DNA from: Octopus sinensis
Lineage: Eukaryota
NCBI RefSeq assembly: GCF_006345805.1
Contig: NW_021833444.1
Coordinates: forward strand, 1-64,000
Direction: 5' to 3'
DNA: 64,000 nucleotides
Shown here: one piece after another, positions 39,447-54,285 of the stretch
How positions within the stretch are numbered: position 1 is the stretch's first letter
How the letters are laid out: every line of letters starts with the position of its first letter
Program-made: the position numbers and the translations under genes
The notes under the pieces: model-generated
Database searches by the model: none
Told to the model about the DNA's origin: nothing
The model's input: the letters and a program-made list of their open reading frames with translations, nothing else

Positions 39447-42400
39447 ACACACACACATATACATAATACATACATACATACATACATACATACATACATA
39501 CATTCAATACGAGCTAAATTTCAAACGGTAATCACATGAACTTGAAAGAAGTTTGTGTACATCTGAAACTTCTTAAACATAGTCCTGAAATAAGTAATTT
39601 CGTAACTCAAGACTAAAATATACTTATTATTCCGGAAGAGATCTAACAATATACCACTTATTACATCTATAAAAGTTATCGGGGCGGGGGGCAAAGCCAT
39701 AACAGGCATTTTGTGTCATTGGATACGGGGTCCAAGGAACATCATTCTAGTAAGTACTATCTTAGTTTTACTCTCGCTAAAGCTTCTTAATGTTACTTTG
39801 GCCTGAGCCTAAGGTACCTCAAAGCTTCTCCTTTGTAAGACTTTCCAGAATTTCAAGACATGGTAACGATACAATTTCATATGTCTCCACCCATTCCCGG
39901 GTAAGCTGGACATAAATGTGATATCTAACTCTTGGCACTTGGTTCAGATTACTTCCGTGCCTTCTTCGTACACAGGTAAAACCGAGTGAACGTCTATGTA
40001 CAGATTGTATAAACTGGTTAAATACATAATTTCAGTGTACACCAGAAAAGGAAAGCAGGAACCAAACACTAACCATTGATATAATGTTTTAAAGGTCAAC
40101 ACCAGTTATCAAAACTCAATGTACGTAAAATCGAACGTCATTGGTCTCTTGTTTAGTTACGGATCTCACCATTCACATAGTGTTAAGAAAAATGGACAGT
40201 GAAATAACTACATCGAGATAAAAGTATCAGCATCAAGGAATCAGTTTGTTATGAAGACGTGAATCATCTAAAATATATTCCCGAAATAACAAACACCAAG
40301 TTCGTTTTATGAACCCCATAGCACATTACATAAGATCTACAGTATATATAAGAGTTACGGAACATTATGTAAGTTACACTATACTTTATATAAGGCCACT
40401 GTAAAAAAGCACTTTACATGAGACCCACGATATATAGAACAGCTCCGATAACACATTGTATACTACCGACAAAAAACCATAATACAAACCGACAATACAT
40501 TATACAAGATACACAATTACTCTCCAGTATCAAGTAAAGGTTCACTGCCACTACATTACTGCAAGAAATTTTCAGACAAAAAAATCTGAGTATCCGCGAA
40601 ACTTATAACATCATATCTGTGGCCCAAATATAAATTAATAGTTTGCAAAAACTAACAAAAGATAATATGCTAGAATTGGAGGAACATGAAAGCTATACCT
40701 GTACTTTACATTGGTACTGGTCGAAAAGGATCGTTTTCGAAACTAACTTCCAACGTTAGAGACATTAGCCCTGGATGAAGGAGGTGATATTTCAGCTCTC
40801 CTCTACCTGAGAATTAATCTGTGATGTCTATACTACGTTTACTTTAGAGACGTATAGACTTTCTTACAGACTTTCTTAATGGTACTACCTTGCTTTATAA
40901 CATAATTGTTTCAAATTTTGGAGGTGGTTAGTCGATTATATCGGCTCAAGTACTTCACTACTATTTTTGTTATCGACCCGAAAGGATGAAAGACAATGTT
41001 AACTTTGGCGGTAGTTGAGCTAATAAGCCAGGCGACAGCTAATATGAACTTCGTCTGGCGAACTAACGATTCTACCACCTCGTCACCACATCCGACCTCG
41101 TAGTAAACTTGGGAATTTCAGAATTTTCTGATCTATAAAACATTCCATTGATGAGAAGTACAGATCAGTGCCTAAAGAATATTGTTTGATACGTCCCAAT
41201 CTTTCCAAATAAAAGTTATTCGGTTTATAAATGTGTTTAGATGATAGTAAAATCACAAAAACTTACCAGAGTCGCTATCATCATCGTCCACACTATGCGA
41301 TACCTTTCTACAGCACTTCGGGTTGAGGGAACACATTTTATCAGACACCGACACAAGCAAAGCACCGTTGGGTAACACTAGCTTTACCTTAGCGGTTTTT
41401 CCTAATATCTACAAACAAAATTAATATAGAAAATTTGTGATGAAAGGGTAAAAATAAAGCAGCAAATTATTTAAATGAAGTCAAATACTCAAGAAAATCC
41501 CAGGTCAAATTAAAAGACAAAATACCCCTCTTTTTACACAATTAATGGACTGTGGTGTAATTTGACTTATATTTTGTCGTATTACTACTCTTTGACATTA
41601 ATTTGAATAATCGCATGTGTAAACCTCAAAATTGTAATCTAAGAACATTCTTATCGTATTTCAAGATGATAAAAATTACATGCCGCTTTGGTTTTAGTTG
41701 ATATATTTAACGAAAATTATATATATAACATAGTCCTATCTGTGTCACAAATGTTTGATCCTGAAGCGAAGAAACAATCAATATAATTTTGAATCTGCTT
41801 TCTCTTTAAAATTTCTTGCAGTAGATAAAGCAAGTTTTGGAGAGTAAGCATGATAAGCGTAAACTTCCATATTTAGTGCCATAATCTGTTCCTGAGTTAT
41901 TTGAGACACATGCGGCCTTGCTTTATCGTGTAAGAGAAACAACATTTTGCAGCTGGCTAATGATCTGCGAATTCTTGTGCAATGCTTTAAACTTCTCCAT
42001 ATTATTTGTTTTGTCTTGGCTTAACACACCATGATAGTCGATAACCTTCCTTACCCACCAAATAGAGCATAACTATTTTTGCGCAGAAGCAAGGACTGGA
42101 GATGTATTTTTTCTTTGGATGTTCACTATATGATATGGTTATAGGGAATCCACTTTCCATCACTTGTGATATTTCTACCTAGGTATGGTTCCGTAGGAAG
42201 TTTACTCTTCAATGAGGAGCAGAAGCTTACTCTGAATTAAGCTGAGAATCTATCAGATAATGAGAAACCTTGACTTAGTGTAGGCACGTTCCTTTGTGAA
42301 AGTGTTTTATCGTAGAAGAAAGTTTTACTAATTCTTGTGCAGATTGCTTTGGATTTCCCTCAACTATCATTTTTAGAATATCAATATCGACAGAAATATG

Positions 42401-43683
42401 TCATTCAGATCGAGAATAATCTGCGACGGAATATTTTCCCGAACTATCGTTGACATATTCAGAGAATTACGGGTCTATTTCCATATGCAAAATGAATATT
42501 TCTTGCCACTTCCATTGCTGAAGAGCTCTTTGAATTACTAAAGTGTACAGTATCTTATCTAAATTCATTAAAAAATGGTAAGATCAAAACGAATTTAACA
42601 GCTATGGTACATAAAGCAATCTGCCGAGAAACAAAAAATTATAAGAATTAGATTTAATATTTATTTTACTGAAGACTATGAAAAAGTAACTTTAATGTGA
42701 TCGTGTTAAAAATGTGACAGGCTTTAATACACACACACTCACACACATGTACTACATAGTGGGAAGTTCCATCTGTGGGTGTGCTTGTGGAGTTGTTAGC
42801 TAACTCCCTCCTACATCGCTTTATCGATTTTGATGAACCTTGTCACGTGAGTAGAACTCATGTCTGGAAACGTGATGGCATACTCAGATTGTTGAAAAAT
42901 CCATAATAGAGCCCTTGGAAGGGATCCTTATATATATTTAATATATTTCATTTTAACAATCAAGGAAAATACCCCATTCGCCCAAATTTAAGAGCCAAGG
43001 GAAAAAACCCATTAATTTTCCTAAATCATTGGTATAAATCAAATTGAGTATGCTTATTTCTTAGTATTTGAACTATTAGAGTTATTATCGCAATTCATCC
43101 AGTACAACTCTTTAACAAATAAATAGTATTTTCCTAAACAATAGATCCACTTATTTCGGTTAGTGACATATATATATATATATATATGTAGGTCCCGGGT
43201 TGATTCGGGGTTAACCACAGTAAGTAAGGTACTCAATACATAGCAGAGTAAAATTAATTTATTATATAGAAGGAGCTTCTACAGGACTAGTACTGTTTCA
43301 TTCAAGAGAAATCTTCAGGAAGCTATTTAACAAGAATTGTATTAGCATTTATACATTTAGGCAGGTTTAAGGAGTGGTGGTGGGGGACTTTTTTGGGGGT
43401 AGGCATAGCGCAAAATACATACTTGGGGGAGTGGTCAAGGAGTCAGTGGAAGTTAGATGAAAGAATAGATAAATAAAAAAAAAAAATAAAAAAATAAAAT
43501 AAAAAAAAAAAAAATAATAAAAAAATAAAAAAATAAAAAAATAAAAAAATAAAAAAATATATATAAAAATATATATAAAAAAATATATATAAAAAAAGGG
43601 GGGATAGAGTTATAGGTAAATAAGGAGATTCTCACTTATACCTATACACATATGTATACGTATCTACACACACATATATACAC

Positions 43684-43718
<35 letters not shown>

Positions 43719-44154
43719 CACATACACATACACACATATACATACATATCTACATACACACATACGTACACCCGCCCACATATACAAATTTATACACATG
43801 CACATGCATATACCTGTCTACACATACACACACGTATATATGCATACACTCACTCCCATGCATGCACGCATACGCACATGTATATATATACCCACGACCA
43901 CACATACATATATACACAGAAAAATATATATTCATACGCACATACACTCATGCACACACAACACACCTAGTTCCCTATATACACATATTTACACCTATAT
44001 ATACATACACCCACATACACATATGTACATATATATATATATATATATACATATACACGCATACATATATATACATGTGTGCACATACATACATATACAC
44101 ACATACATACACATACACATACACATGTGTACCTATACATACCTACACATACAC

Positions 44155-44199
<45 letters not shown>

Positions 44200-44816
44200 C
44201 CAATACAGGCCCATTCCCTAATTTTAATTTTATTATCTTCATTTATTACTTTTGTTATCTTGATCGCTAGAGCTAAGGATCCTGGCTATGGCAGCATGTC
44301 CATTTTGTGTCTACTAGAAGGCAAGTACTCATTCCCGCACGCACACTCATTAGCACGTACATTCACCATTCGTAACTCATACACATACACGTACGCACGC
44401 GTTATATTCATACATACAAACATCTACATACGTTCACGTATATACACATACGTACTCGTACCTACAGATTCGTGTCTACACTTTAGGAGGCTAGTCTATA
44501 CATATGTATAGACTAGCCTCCTAAAGTGTAGACACGAATCTGTAGGTACGAGTACGTATGTGTATATACGTGAACGTATGTAGATGTTTGTATGTATGAA
44601 TATAACGCGTGCGTACGTGTATGTGTATGAGTGTACGAATGGGTGAATGTACGTGCTAATGAGTGTGCGTGCGGGAATGAGTACTTGCCTTCTAGTAGAC
44701 AGACAAATGGACATGCTGCCATAGCCAGGATCCTTAGCTCTAGCGATCAAAGATAACAAAAGTAATAAATGAAGATAATAAAATTAAAATTAGGGAATGG
44801 GCCTGTATTGGATTGT

Positions 44817-44859
<43 letters not shown>

Positions 44860-45293
44860 GTGTATGTGTAGGTATGTATAGGTACACATGTGTATGGTAT
44901 GTGTATTATGTGTGTGTATATGTATGGTGTGCACACATGTATATATATGTATGCGTGTATATGTATATATATATATATATATATGTACATATGTGTATGT
45001 GGGGTGTATGTATATATAGGTGTAAATATGTGTATATAGGGAACTAGGTGTGTTGTGTGTGCGATGAGTGTATGTGCGTATGAATATATATTTTCTGTGT
45101 ATATATGTATGTGTGGTCGTGGGTATATATATACATGTGCGTATGCGTGCATGCATGGGGAGTGAGTGTATGCATATATACGTGTGTGTATGTGTAGACA
45201 GGTATATGCATGTGCATGGTATAAATTTGTATATGTGGGCGGGTGGATTGGTGTGTATGTAGATATGTATGTATATGTGTGTATGTGTATGTG

Positions 45294-45328
<35 letters not shown>

Positions 45329-46425
45329 GTGTATATATGTGTGTGTAGATACGTATACATATGGTGTAGGTATAAGTGAGAATCTCCTTATTACCTTAAA
45401 CTCTATCCCCCCTTTTTTTTATATATATTTTTTATATATATATTTTTTATATATTTTTTTTTTTTTTATTTTTTTATTTTTTTATTTTTATTATTTTTTT
45501 ATTTTTTATTATTTTTTATTTTTTTTTTTTTATTTATCTATTCTTTCATCTAACTTACCACTGACTCCTTGACCACTCCCCCAAGTATGATATTTTGCGC
45601 TATGCCTACCCCCAAAAAAGTCCCCCACCACCACTCCTTTAAACCTGCCTAAATGTATAAATGCTAATACAATTCTTGTTAAATAGCTTCCTGAAGATTT
45701 CTCTTGAATGAAACAGTACTAGTCCTGTAAAGCTCCTCTATATAATAAATAAATATATATATATTATATATATATATGTAGGTCCCGGGTTGATTCGGGG
45801 TTAACCACAGTAAGTAAGGTACTCAATACATAGCAGAGTAAAATTAATTATTATATAGAAGGAGCTTCTACAGGACTAGTACTGTTTCATTCAAGAGAAA
45901 GAATTTCAGGAAGCTATTTAACAAGAATTGTATTAGCATTTATACATTTAGGCAGGTTTAAAGGAGTGGTGGTGGGGGACTTTTGGGGGTAGGCATAGCG
46001 CAAAATATCATACTTGGGGGAGTGGTCAAGGAGTCAGTGGTAAGTTAGATGAAAGAATAGATAAATAAAAAAATAAAAAAATAAATAAATAAAAAAATAA
46101 AATAAAAAAATAAAAAAATAAAAAATAAAAAAAAATATAAAAAAAATAAATAAAAAAAAATATATATATAAAAAAAAAATAACAAAATAAAAAAATAAAA
46201 AAATAAATAAAATAAAAAAAAAAAATAAAAATAAAAAATAAAAAATAATAAATAAAATAAAATAAAAAAAAATATAAAAAAATATAATAAAAAAATAAAA
46301 ATAAAAAAATATATAAAAAATATATATATATAAAAATATATATATAAAAAAAGGGGGAATAGAGTTATAGGTAAATAAGGAGATTCTCACTTATACCTAT
46401 ACACATATGTATTACGTATCTACAC

Positions 46426-46462
<37 letters not shown>

Positions 46463-46470
46463 ATATATAC

Positions 46471-46501
<31 letters not shown>

Positions 46502-47148
46502 TACATATACACATATACATGTATACATACGCAATAATGATACACATATATACACATACACACACACAGACAGATGCATATACATACATATATATATAAA
46601 TTACATATCTATATAAATACATACATAATACACATATACACACACATATATATATATACACATGCATATACATATACAGGTATACATACACATACATACA
46701 CACACACGCGCACACATACATATACACACACACATATATACAAATACAACATACACACATACACACACACCACTATATACAACAGTACACATATACATAT
46801 ATATATATCAACAAGGGAGGGTAAAGTTAATTAGTTATTAATCAATTTCATCAAGTGTTCAGTATGTAAAGGGACCATTTATTAGAGTTTAGAAAACAAA
46901 GTTAGAGGGAAAAAATTCTCTAAGTAGTGGAAGAGGCTAAAAAAACTTTATTGGCTGCTATTTCTAGAAAGTTAGTATGTGGCAAAGTAATTTATTTTAT
47001 TTTACTAAGCCCTAATTATATAATATTTTATACATACATACACATACATAAAAACACATACATTTACACATACATATGCATATATATAAACATATACATA
47101 CAAACACATATACGCATATACACACACACACACATACAAGCACATACA

Positions 47149-47187
<39 letters not shown>

Positions 47188-48247
47188 GCAAATATATATA
47201 CATATATATTTTTTTTTTTTTTTTTTTTTTTTTTACATGCATACATACACACACACACACATAATACATGCGTATATTCCTACTGTACCCATGCATTTCT
47301 ATACATATATACATACATACGATACACATATACAAGCGTGCACATATAATATGTGAAAGGTCTTAGGAGAAAAGGTAATCGGGGGTGCTAGTGGAACAGT
47401 GGGGTTGGGGGGTTGTGGGGGTTGGGGGTTGGTGGGGGGTTTGTAGGGGGGGGGGTTGTCATCAATCAGGTTGCGGGTAGTAGGTCTATAGTTCTTGTAG
47501 TTCGCATACTTCTTAGCATGCAATTGGGGAGTGTTCTGAAAATTTGTTAAGGAGAGGGCCTTTGGCGAACAAGATCTCTAGGCTCTCTGATATGCATAGG
47601 TCACAGCAGGTATGTCCTCTGTGTACGAGCGCGCCTTCTGTAGTAGTTTCCACTTGGTCTTGAAGGGGATTGAGTTCCTTTTAAGGTACCGATGTGGGCG
47701 GCGAGGGTAGTTTGGTTGGATTTATCCTGTCGCCGGAACGAGTGTGTATGTGCGTACCAGCGGGTCTTAAAGCTGTTTGACGTCATTCCAATGTAGGATT
47801 TACTTTTATCGTCAAGGCTGATCTTACCTCGCATTTATATACTAGGTCCTTCTGTAGGCAGTTGTTGTGAGGGGGCAGGTGGTTTTATCATGGCAGTTGC
47901 AATTGCTATCGGACGTTGGATGGGCCCGGAGAAAGTAGATATGTTAAGTTTTTTCACATTGTTGTTGGCTAGGTACGTTATTTTTTTATTTTATTTTATT
48001 TATTATTTTTATTATCTATTCTTTCATCTAACTTACCACTGACTCCTTGACCACTCCCCCAAGTATGATATTTTGCGCTATGCCTACCCCCAAAAAAGTC
48101 CCCCACCACCACTCCTTTAAACCTGCCTAAATGTATAAATGCTAATACAATTCTTGTTAAATAGCTTCCTGAAGATTTCTCTGAATGAACAGTACTAGTC
48201 CTGTAGAAGCTCCTTCTATATAATAAATTAATATTATATATATATAT

Positions 48248-48330
<83 letters not shown>

Positions 48331-48720
48331 TAGATATATTTCGCAATAGAGCCTACATATTTCTGTATAGGCTAGCGTGCGGCCTTCAGTCTATATTATA
48401 AGGTAATTAGGTATGAAAAACTGTAATTGTTATTTTCAGCTTATATAAGATACACGCGTTTCTCTAAACCGATTGGGGCTGTTGCACAATCTGCGTAGCA
48501 ATGCTGCTGCTAATACAAAGGAAGACATCCGATCGTCTCGTGCAAAAATACCAATCAGCTGTTGGAAACGAGTCTAAATTATATATATCTTAATAAATAT
48601 AATTACGTTTTCTACATTTCTTACATAAAAATGTGTTTGCCTGTGTATGTGAGAGAGAGGATGAGAGAGGAGAGGAATATACATATATGCATACAAGTAT
48701 ATATATATCGATATACATGC

Positions 48721-48772
<52 letters not shown>

Positions 48773-49088
48773 ATTTATATACATGTGCATGTGCGTGCAA
48801 AAGTTATTATGTTTCGAAAATAAATGCACGATGATCACGTTTGAAACATGCTGATGGTATATCTGCTGGATCAGGCTAAATGTTTGGGGAAGAAAACAAT
48901 TCTGAAATATACTCACCGATACCATATCATCATTCCATCCGCCATGTCCTTCCTGTAACTTTTTAACTTCTTGAATGTCTTCAATTATCTTCACTGTATG
49001 ACCAACGAGAAATTGATCATCCTGAAACATGGATAAGTAAAAGCAAAACATGCATATGTATGTGTGTACATATATATATATATATATA

Positions 49089-49120
<32 letters not shown>

Positions 49121-49597
49121 ATATATATATATAATAAAATATTAGGGATAAATCCAAACTTACATGAAAAATCAGATTTAGGATTAAATCCAATTTTATA
49201 GTATAAATATATTATATTATATTATATTATATTAAATTAGAGATAAAACCACTATTAGGCAAATCAATCAATGAAAAACATAAGCCAATACATAAAATTA
49301 ATTAATTAATATTATTTTAAATATATATCAAAAGTATTAAAAGTTTAATAAAAGATAAAGAGTATATATATATGTATATATATACATACATACATACATA
49401 TACATATAATGTAATGTATTAGCAGACACTCAGGAAAGGAAAGAAAGATGGTTTATCGTTTCGAGCAAAGCTCTTCTGCAGAAAGAGAGGAAACTCCAAA
49501 AGAAGGGAAGACGGAGGAAGAAAATCGCCAACGATTCACATGTGGTTACATATACACACATACATACATACATACATACATACATACATACATACAA

Positions 49598-49628
<31 letters not shown>

Positions 49629-49631
49629 TAT

Positions 49632-49672
<41 letters not shown>

Positions 49673-49698
49673 GAGAGAGAGAGAGAGAGATAGGTAGG

Positions 49699-49782
<84 letters not shown>

Positions 49783-50136
49783 CGCAAACACTACTCTGTC
49801 AAATACCATACAACATAAATTCTTGATTTACTAAAATTGTCTCCGACTCTAAAGGATGTAACGTAATGTAAAAAGAAAATGGCAATTAAGGCCAGCTCCA
49901 AGAGATAACTACGAATATGTTTAGGTATTGATCTAACCTTATCTTCAGAGCATAGCTTTCACTGTACTTGTTATGTTAGTGTGAAAGAGTTACACAGTGA
50001 ATGAATAAGAATTCATATTTACTTGCATAAGGAAAAAGTTGGCAATTGAAACACAAATTAATATGTCTATCATATATTGATCTATTAAGATGGTGTTTGT
50101 GGCATTACTTCGCAAAAGTCGAAAGCAGAAAAGAAA

Positions 50137-50188
<52 letters not shown>

Positions 50189-53100
50189 TGTTGTTGTTGT
50201 TGTTGTTGTAGTATCATGAATGCATGTTTTCATTTGGATCGTAAAAAAACGAAAAATTTGTATTATAGAAACGAGCCATGTCACGAGGGTTGGACTCAAA
50301 ATGACATCTAAGATATCTAATAAAGTGACAAAAATTTACTTGTCCTTCAGAACCATCCACGATTCCGTGCAGGGATTGTAACAAGCTTCTGAAGTCAGGT
50401 GTCGCATTAAAAAACTGTTCCATCATCTCCATCATTGATGATGCTATAAAACGAAAGTTAATAAAACAATCAATAAAAAGAAGTGTTCATTCATATTTAT
50501 AGCAAAATCGCTGGAAAAATATTAAAAGGCAAGCAAAAGATTATTGAATTAATATAGAAAAGGCGTATGTTACAGAATGATCTTGTCGTTTTTGCTGTTG
50601 TTCGCTTTCAGCCTCAGCCAAAACTAATTGTGAAAAAATCCGATCAAAGTAGTTGCAAACTATGATAATGTCAATTCTTATGTATCAAAAAATACATTTT
50701 TCAATGATCTCTTCCTTTGTATGACGGCAGAGTTTAATTTTAAAATAGTTTACTTGCTATTTTCTAAAGATCGTCCACCACACGATAACCAGTGATTCCG
50801 ACCACCTTGGATATTTAGTCCCAGGTCAATCCTGGTTAAGCTAATGAAGCAGATATCCTAAGAGTAACGACGGTCTAGCCTCATTATTCAACCAGTTTTA
50901 GTTTTCGAGCAATGTGGATCCGGGCCAACTGTATGCAATGTACTCTTTACGAAAACGTAATACTATTTGAGGAGATCCAGCTATTATGTCTAGTAGGCTG
51001 AATGAATATGTACATGGCGTATGTGGAAAGTCTTTGTACTGAAAGTGAAATTCCTCATAATTCCTCGAGGAATGCTTGGTAGATTTTGTTGATTTTACTT
51101 CTATAGCGCGGACCCAGACTTATCCAATCATTCACGGATTTTCTTGGAGTATTTTACTACTAGGCCACGTGTTTTCATAAATAAATAGAGAAGCAAGATT
51201 CAAGGACTTATATATTTCTGTGAAGGCTATGTACACATGAAGCAGCATTTTTAAAAAATGCCAAAAGTAGATGAGTTCCTAAAGAATCAACGGCACCCGT
51301 ATCCTGTGTTGTAGACAGGTACAATCATGATTACCAAGCCTGAAGGAACGTTTTAATAGAAGTTACACCAATATCTAATTTTATACTATACTACTGAAAT
51401 GTTCAAAGAAAATCCAAGAGTGAGTAGGGTTGAAAAGATTGGAAAAACAATCAATACAGCCCCACACATTACGGCTTTTTTTACTACAACTGTAAAATTT
51501 CTCCCCAAGTTCACATCCCCGGTCTCAGAAACATGTACAGAAAAAACCCGGCAATTAATTAATACTCGCTACTTTTATCCGCCATTCAAGAAAATTTCTT
51601 GCAGGACAGCGCATTCCTATTCACTCTCGCCTTCCACTTCAATTTCGACTTGGATTAACTTGACGGAAATATATCAGTCATCAATAATAGTTTCCACTCC
51701 AATTTTCTTCACAATCACCAGGTACATGGAAGATCTCTGCTCTTTCCTGCCAATTTAAAGACGTTCTTCATATGACATCATCTATTTGACAAACACTACA
51801 ATCTACAGTCAACACCCTGTTATCTAGTACTCCTATAACCAGAACTCTTAAGCAATCAGTACATAGAAAAGGGTAAAATAAACATTGTTAATTAGAGTCA
51901 ATATGTACGAATTGTGTTAACTAACTAATCGTTATTAAAAGGTTTCTGTTGTGTTTAAAATGTTTCGTTGCTTCCCAAAGTATTGTAAAGTATTTTATTT
52001 TACTGCACTTTGAGTAGCTGTATTTTATTAGGTCAACAGAAATTATTAATTATTTAACTTATACTGTAAGTTCTTCCATTTTCTCACATTTCTACTATAT
52101 TCAGAAAATTAATGAAATGGACGTATATAGCAGGTTTTAATGAATTTTTAAAGCATTATGGTAATTTAAAAAGTCGTGCTCAGATAACTTGAAAATTCAG
52201 TTATCGTCTGGTCCCAGTGATTCCGGATAGGAGGTAGTTTATTATTGGTGTATTTAAACACGGAATGAATACATGGTAATATCATTGCATTACTCCATGT
52301 GCAGCTCAGACGGAACAATCAGATAGCACTCCAGTAACTTATAATATAATAAATTCCAACGTAAGTTATCTTTTAAAATTGTGTAATCACAGAATTTTCA
52401 GACCTATAAGTGTTAATTCAATATAAATACAGAACTTTACATCATGTACCCCCATTTATATATCAATAATAAGTGTGAAGGAAAACGAAGAAAAAACAGT
52501 TAAACTCACTAGCATCATCTTCTTCCCCAACTTTCATACTTTGGGGTACTTTTGTGCAGCACAGAGGGTTGAATAAAAATATTTTACCAGACACCGACAC
52601 AAGCAAATCACCGTCTGGGAATGCAATTTTTATGGTACCAATTTTGCCTAATACCTACAAAGATACAAACAACATGCTAAATGAAGTCAAACTGTAAATT
52701 TGATCCACGTCATATGAACAGGCTGAAAAAAAAATCATAAGGGATCAAATTAACGATATACATATCTATTTTTAATGGTTCAAAAGATAATGCTTGCGTC
52801 CATTACACATTTATGTACTTAGATATATATGTAAGTATTTCTAATCCAGAAACGCGTTCGTAAATAACCCTTAGACTTTGCTTTCGTTATTTCTTCCATC
52901 TGTTTTACATATGTGAATTACAGGGATATGTCGTATGTGGAGTCTCATTTGTAGAAAATAGAAATAAACAGTCTTTGACTGCTATTTCTAATTTTTTCGG
53001 TATGTGGCTAAGCAACATGTTGCTTGCCCCTTTTATTTATATACAAAAATATATATTGAACTTTTTTTTATAAAAGTTCCTACCGTTAATGGTTATATTT

Positions 53101-54210
53101 ACATGCCGAAATCTACCCGTAAATAATTGTTGGTTTAAAAAAAAAAACTATTCAAACTATTATTTACTCTTATTATATTACTACATGTAAGTATTATATA
53201 TGTATATATATATATGTGTATATAAATATATATTCTTTTCTTCTTTTCTTCTTTTACTTGTTTCAGTCATTTGTCTGTGTGTTGTGTTCCTGAGTATGAC
53301 ACTGTATTTCAAGTTGCTCCAGCTCACTCAGTTGTAGAAATGAGTTGCGACATCACTGCTGCTAAGCTGTAACGACCTTTGCCTTTCCCTCGGATAACAT
53401 CGGTGGCGTAGAGTGTGGAGGTTGGTATGTATGGGTGACTGAAGGTCTTCCATTAAAATCAACCTTACCCAGACTTGTGCCTCGAAGGGTAACTTTTCAC
53501 GGGCAATTCCATGGTCATTCATGGCCAAAGGGGTCTTTATTGTTTACTCGAGTACTATACTAAATGAATAAAGGATACCAAAGAAAATTAGACATTACAT
53601 AACAGAAAAATTACAGAAATTGAAAATCAAATATCGTTTTTAGACGGTTGAACTGCAAGTAGAAAAGTTATAAATGGTACACAAATATATGCATATATGC
53701 GTCCATTCGTATATCTATTTACATACTATGTCAAGAAAATAAAACATGACAGTTGTGGGTGAACCAACTTGCATCGTTTGTCGAGCAAATTAGGTATATT
53801 AGGAACTACACAACTTAAGAAATACACTCACCGATGTCATAACAGAAGTCCATCCACCATGATTAACCTGATATCTTTTAACTTTTTCGGTATCATCAAG
53901 TATCCTAACTGCATCTCCAACGTTAAATTTGTCGATCTGAAACAGAGAAATTTAATGAGATATAACATAAGAAAGTAAGAGAGGAGGAGGAGAGAGGGAA
54001 AGTTTTGAGTGTGGGAGTGGGTTTCAAGAAAAAAGAGTGATTTACGAGAAGGCGTAGTTGAAGGAGGAAGAGAGAGAGGGGGGGAAAGAAAGAAAGAACG
54101 AAAGAAAAAGAAAGTTAGAATGAATGAAAGAATGAAAGAAAGAATAAATGAATAACTGAGAGAAAGAAAGAAAGAAAGACAGAAATAGGAACGATAGCTA
54201 GCCAGCTAGC

Positions 54211-54285
<75 letters not shown>

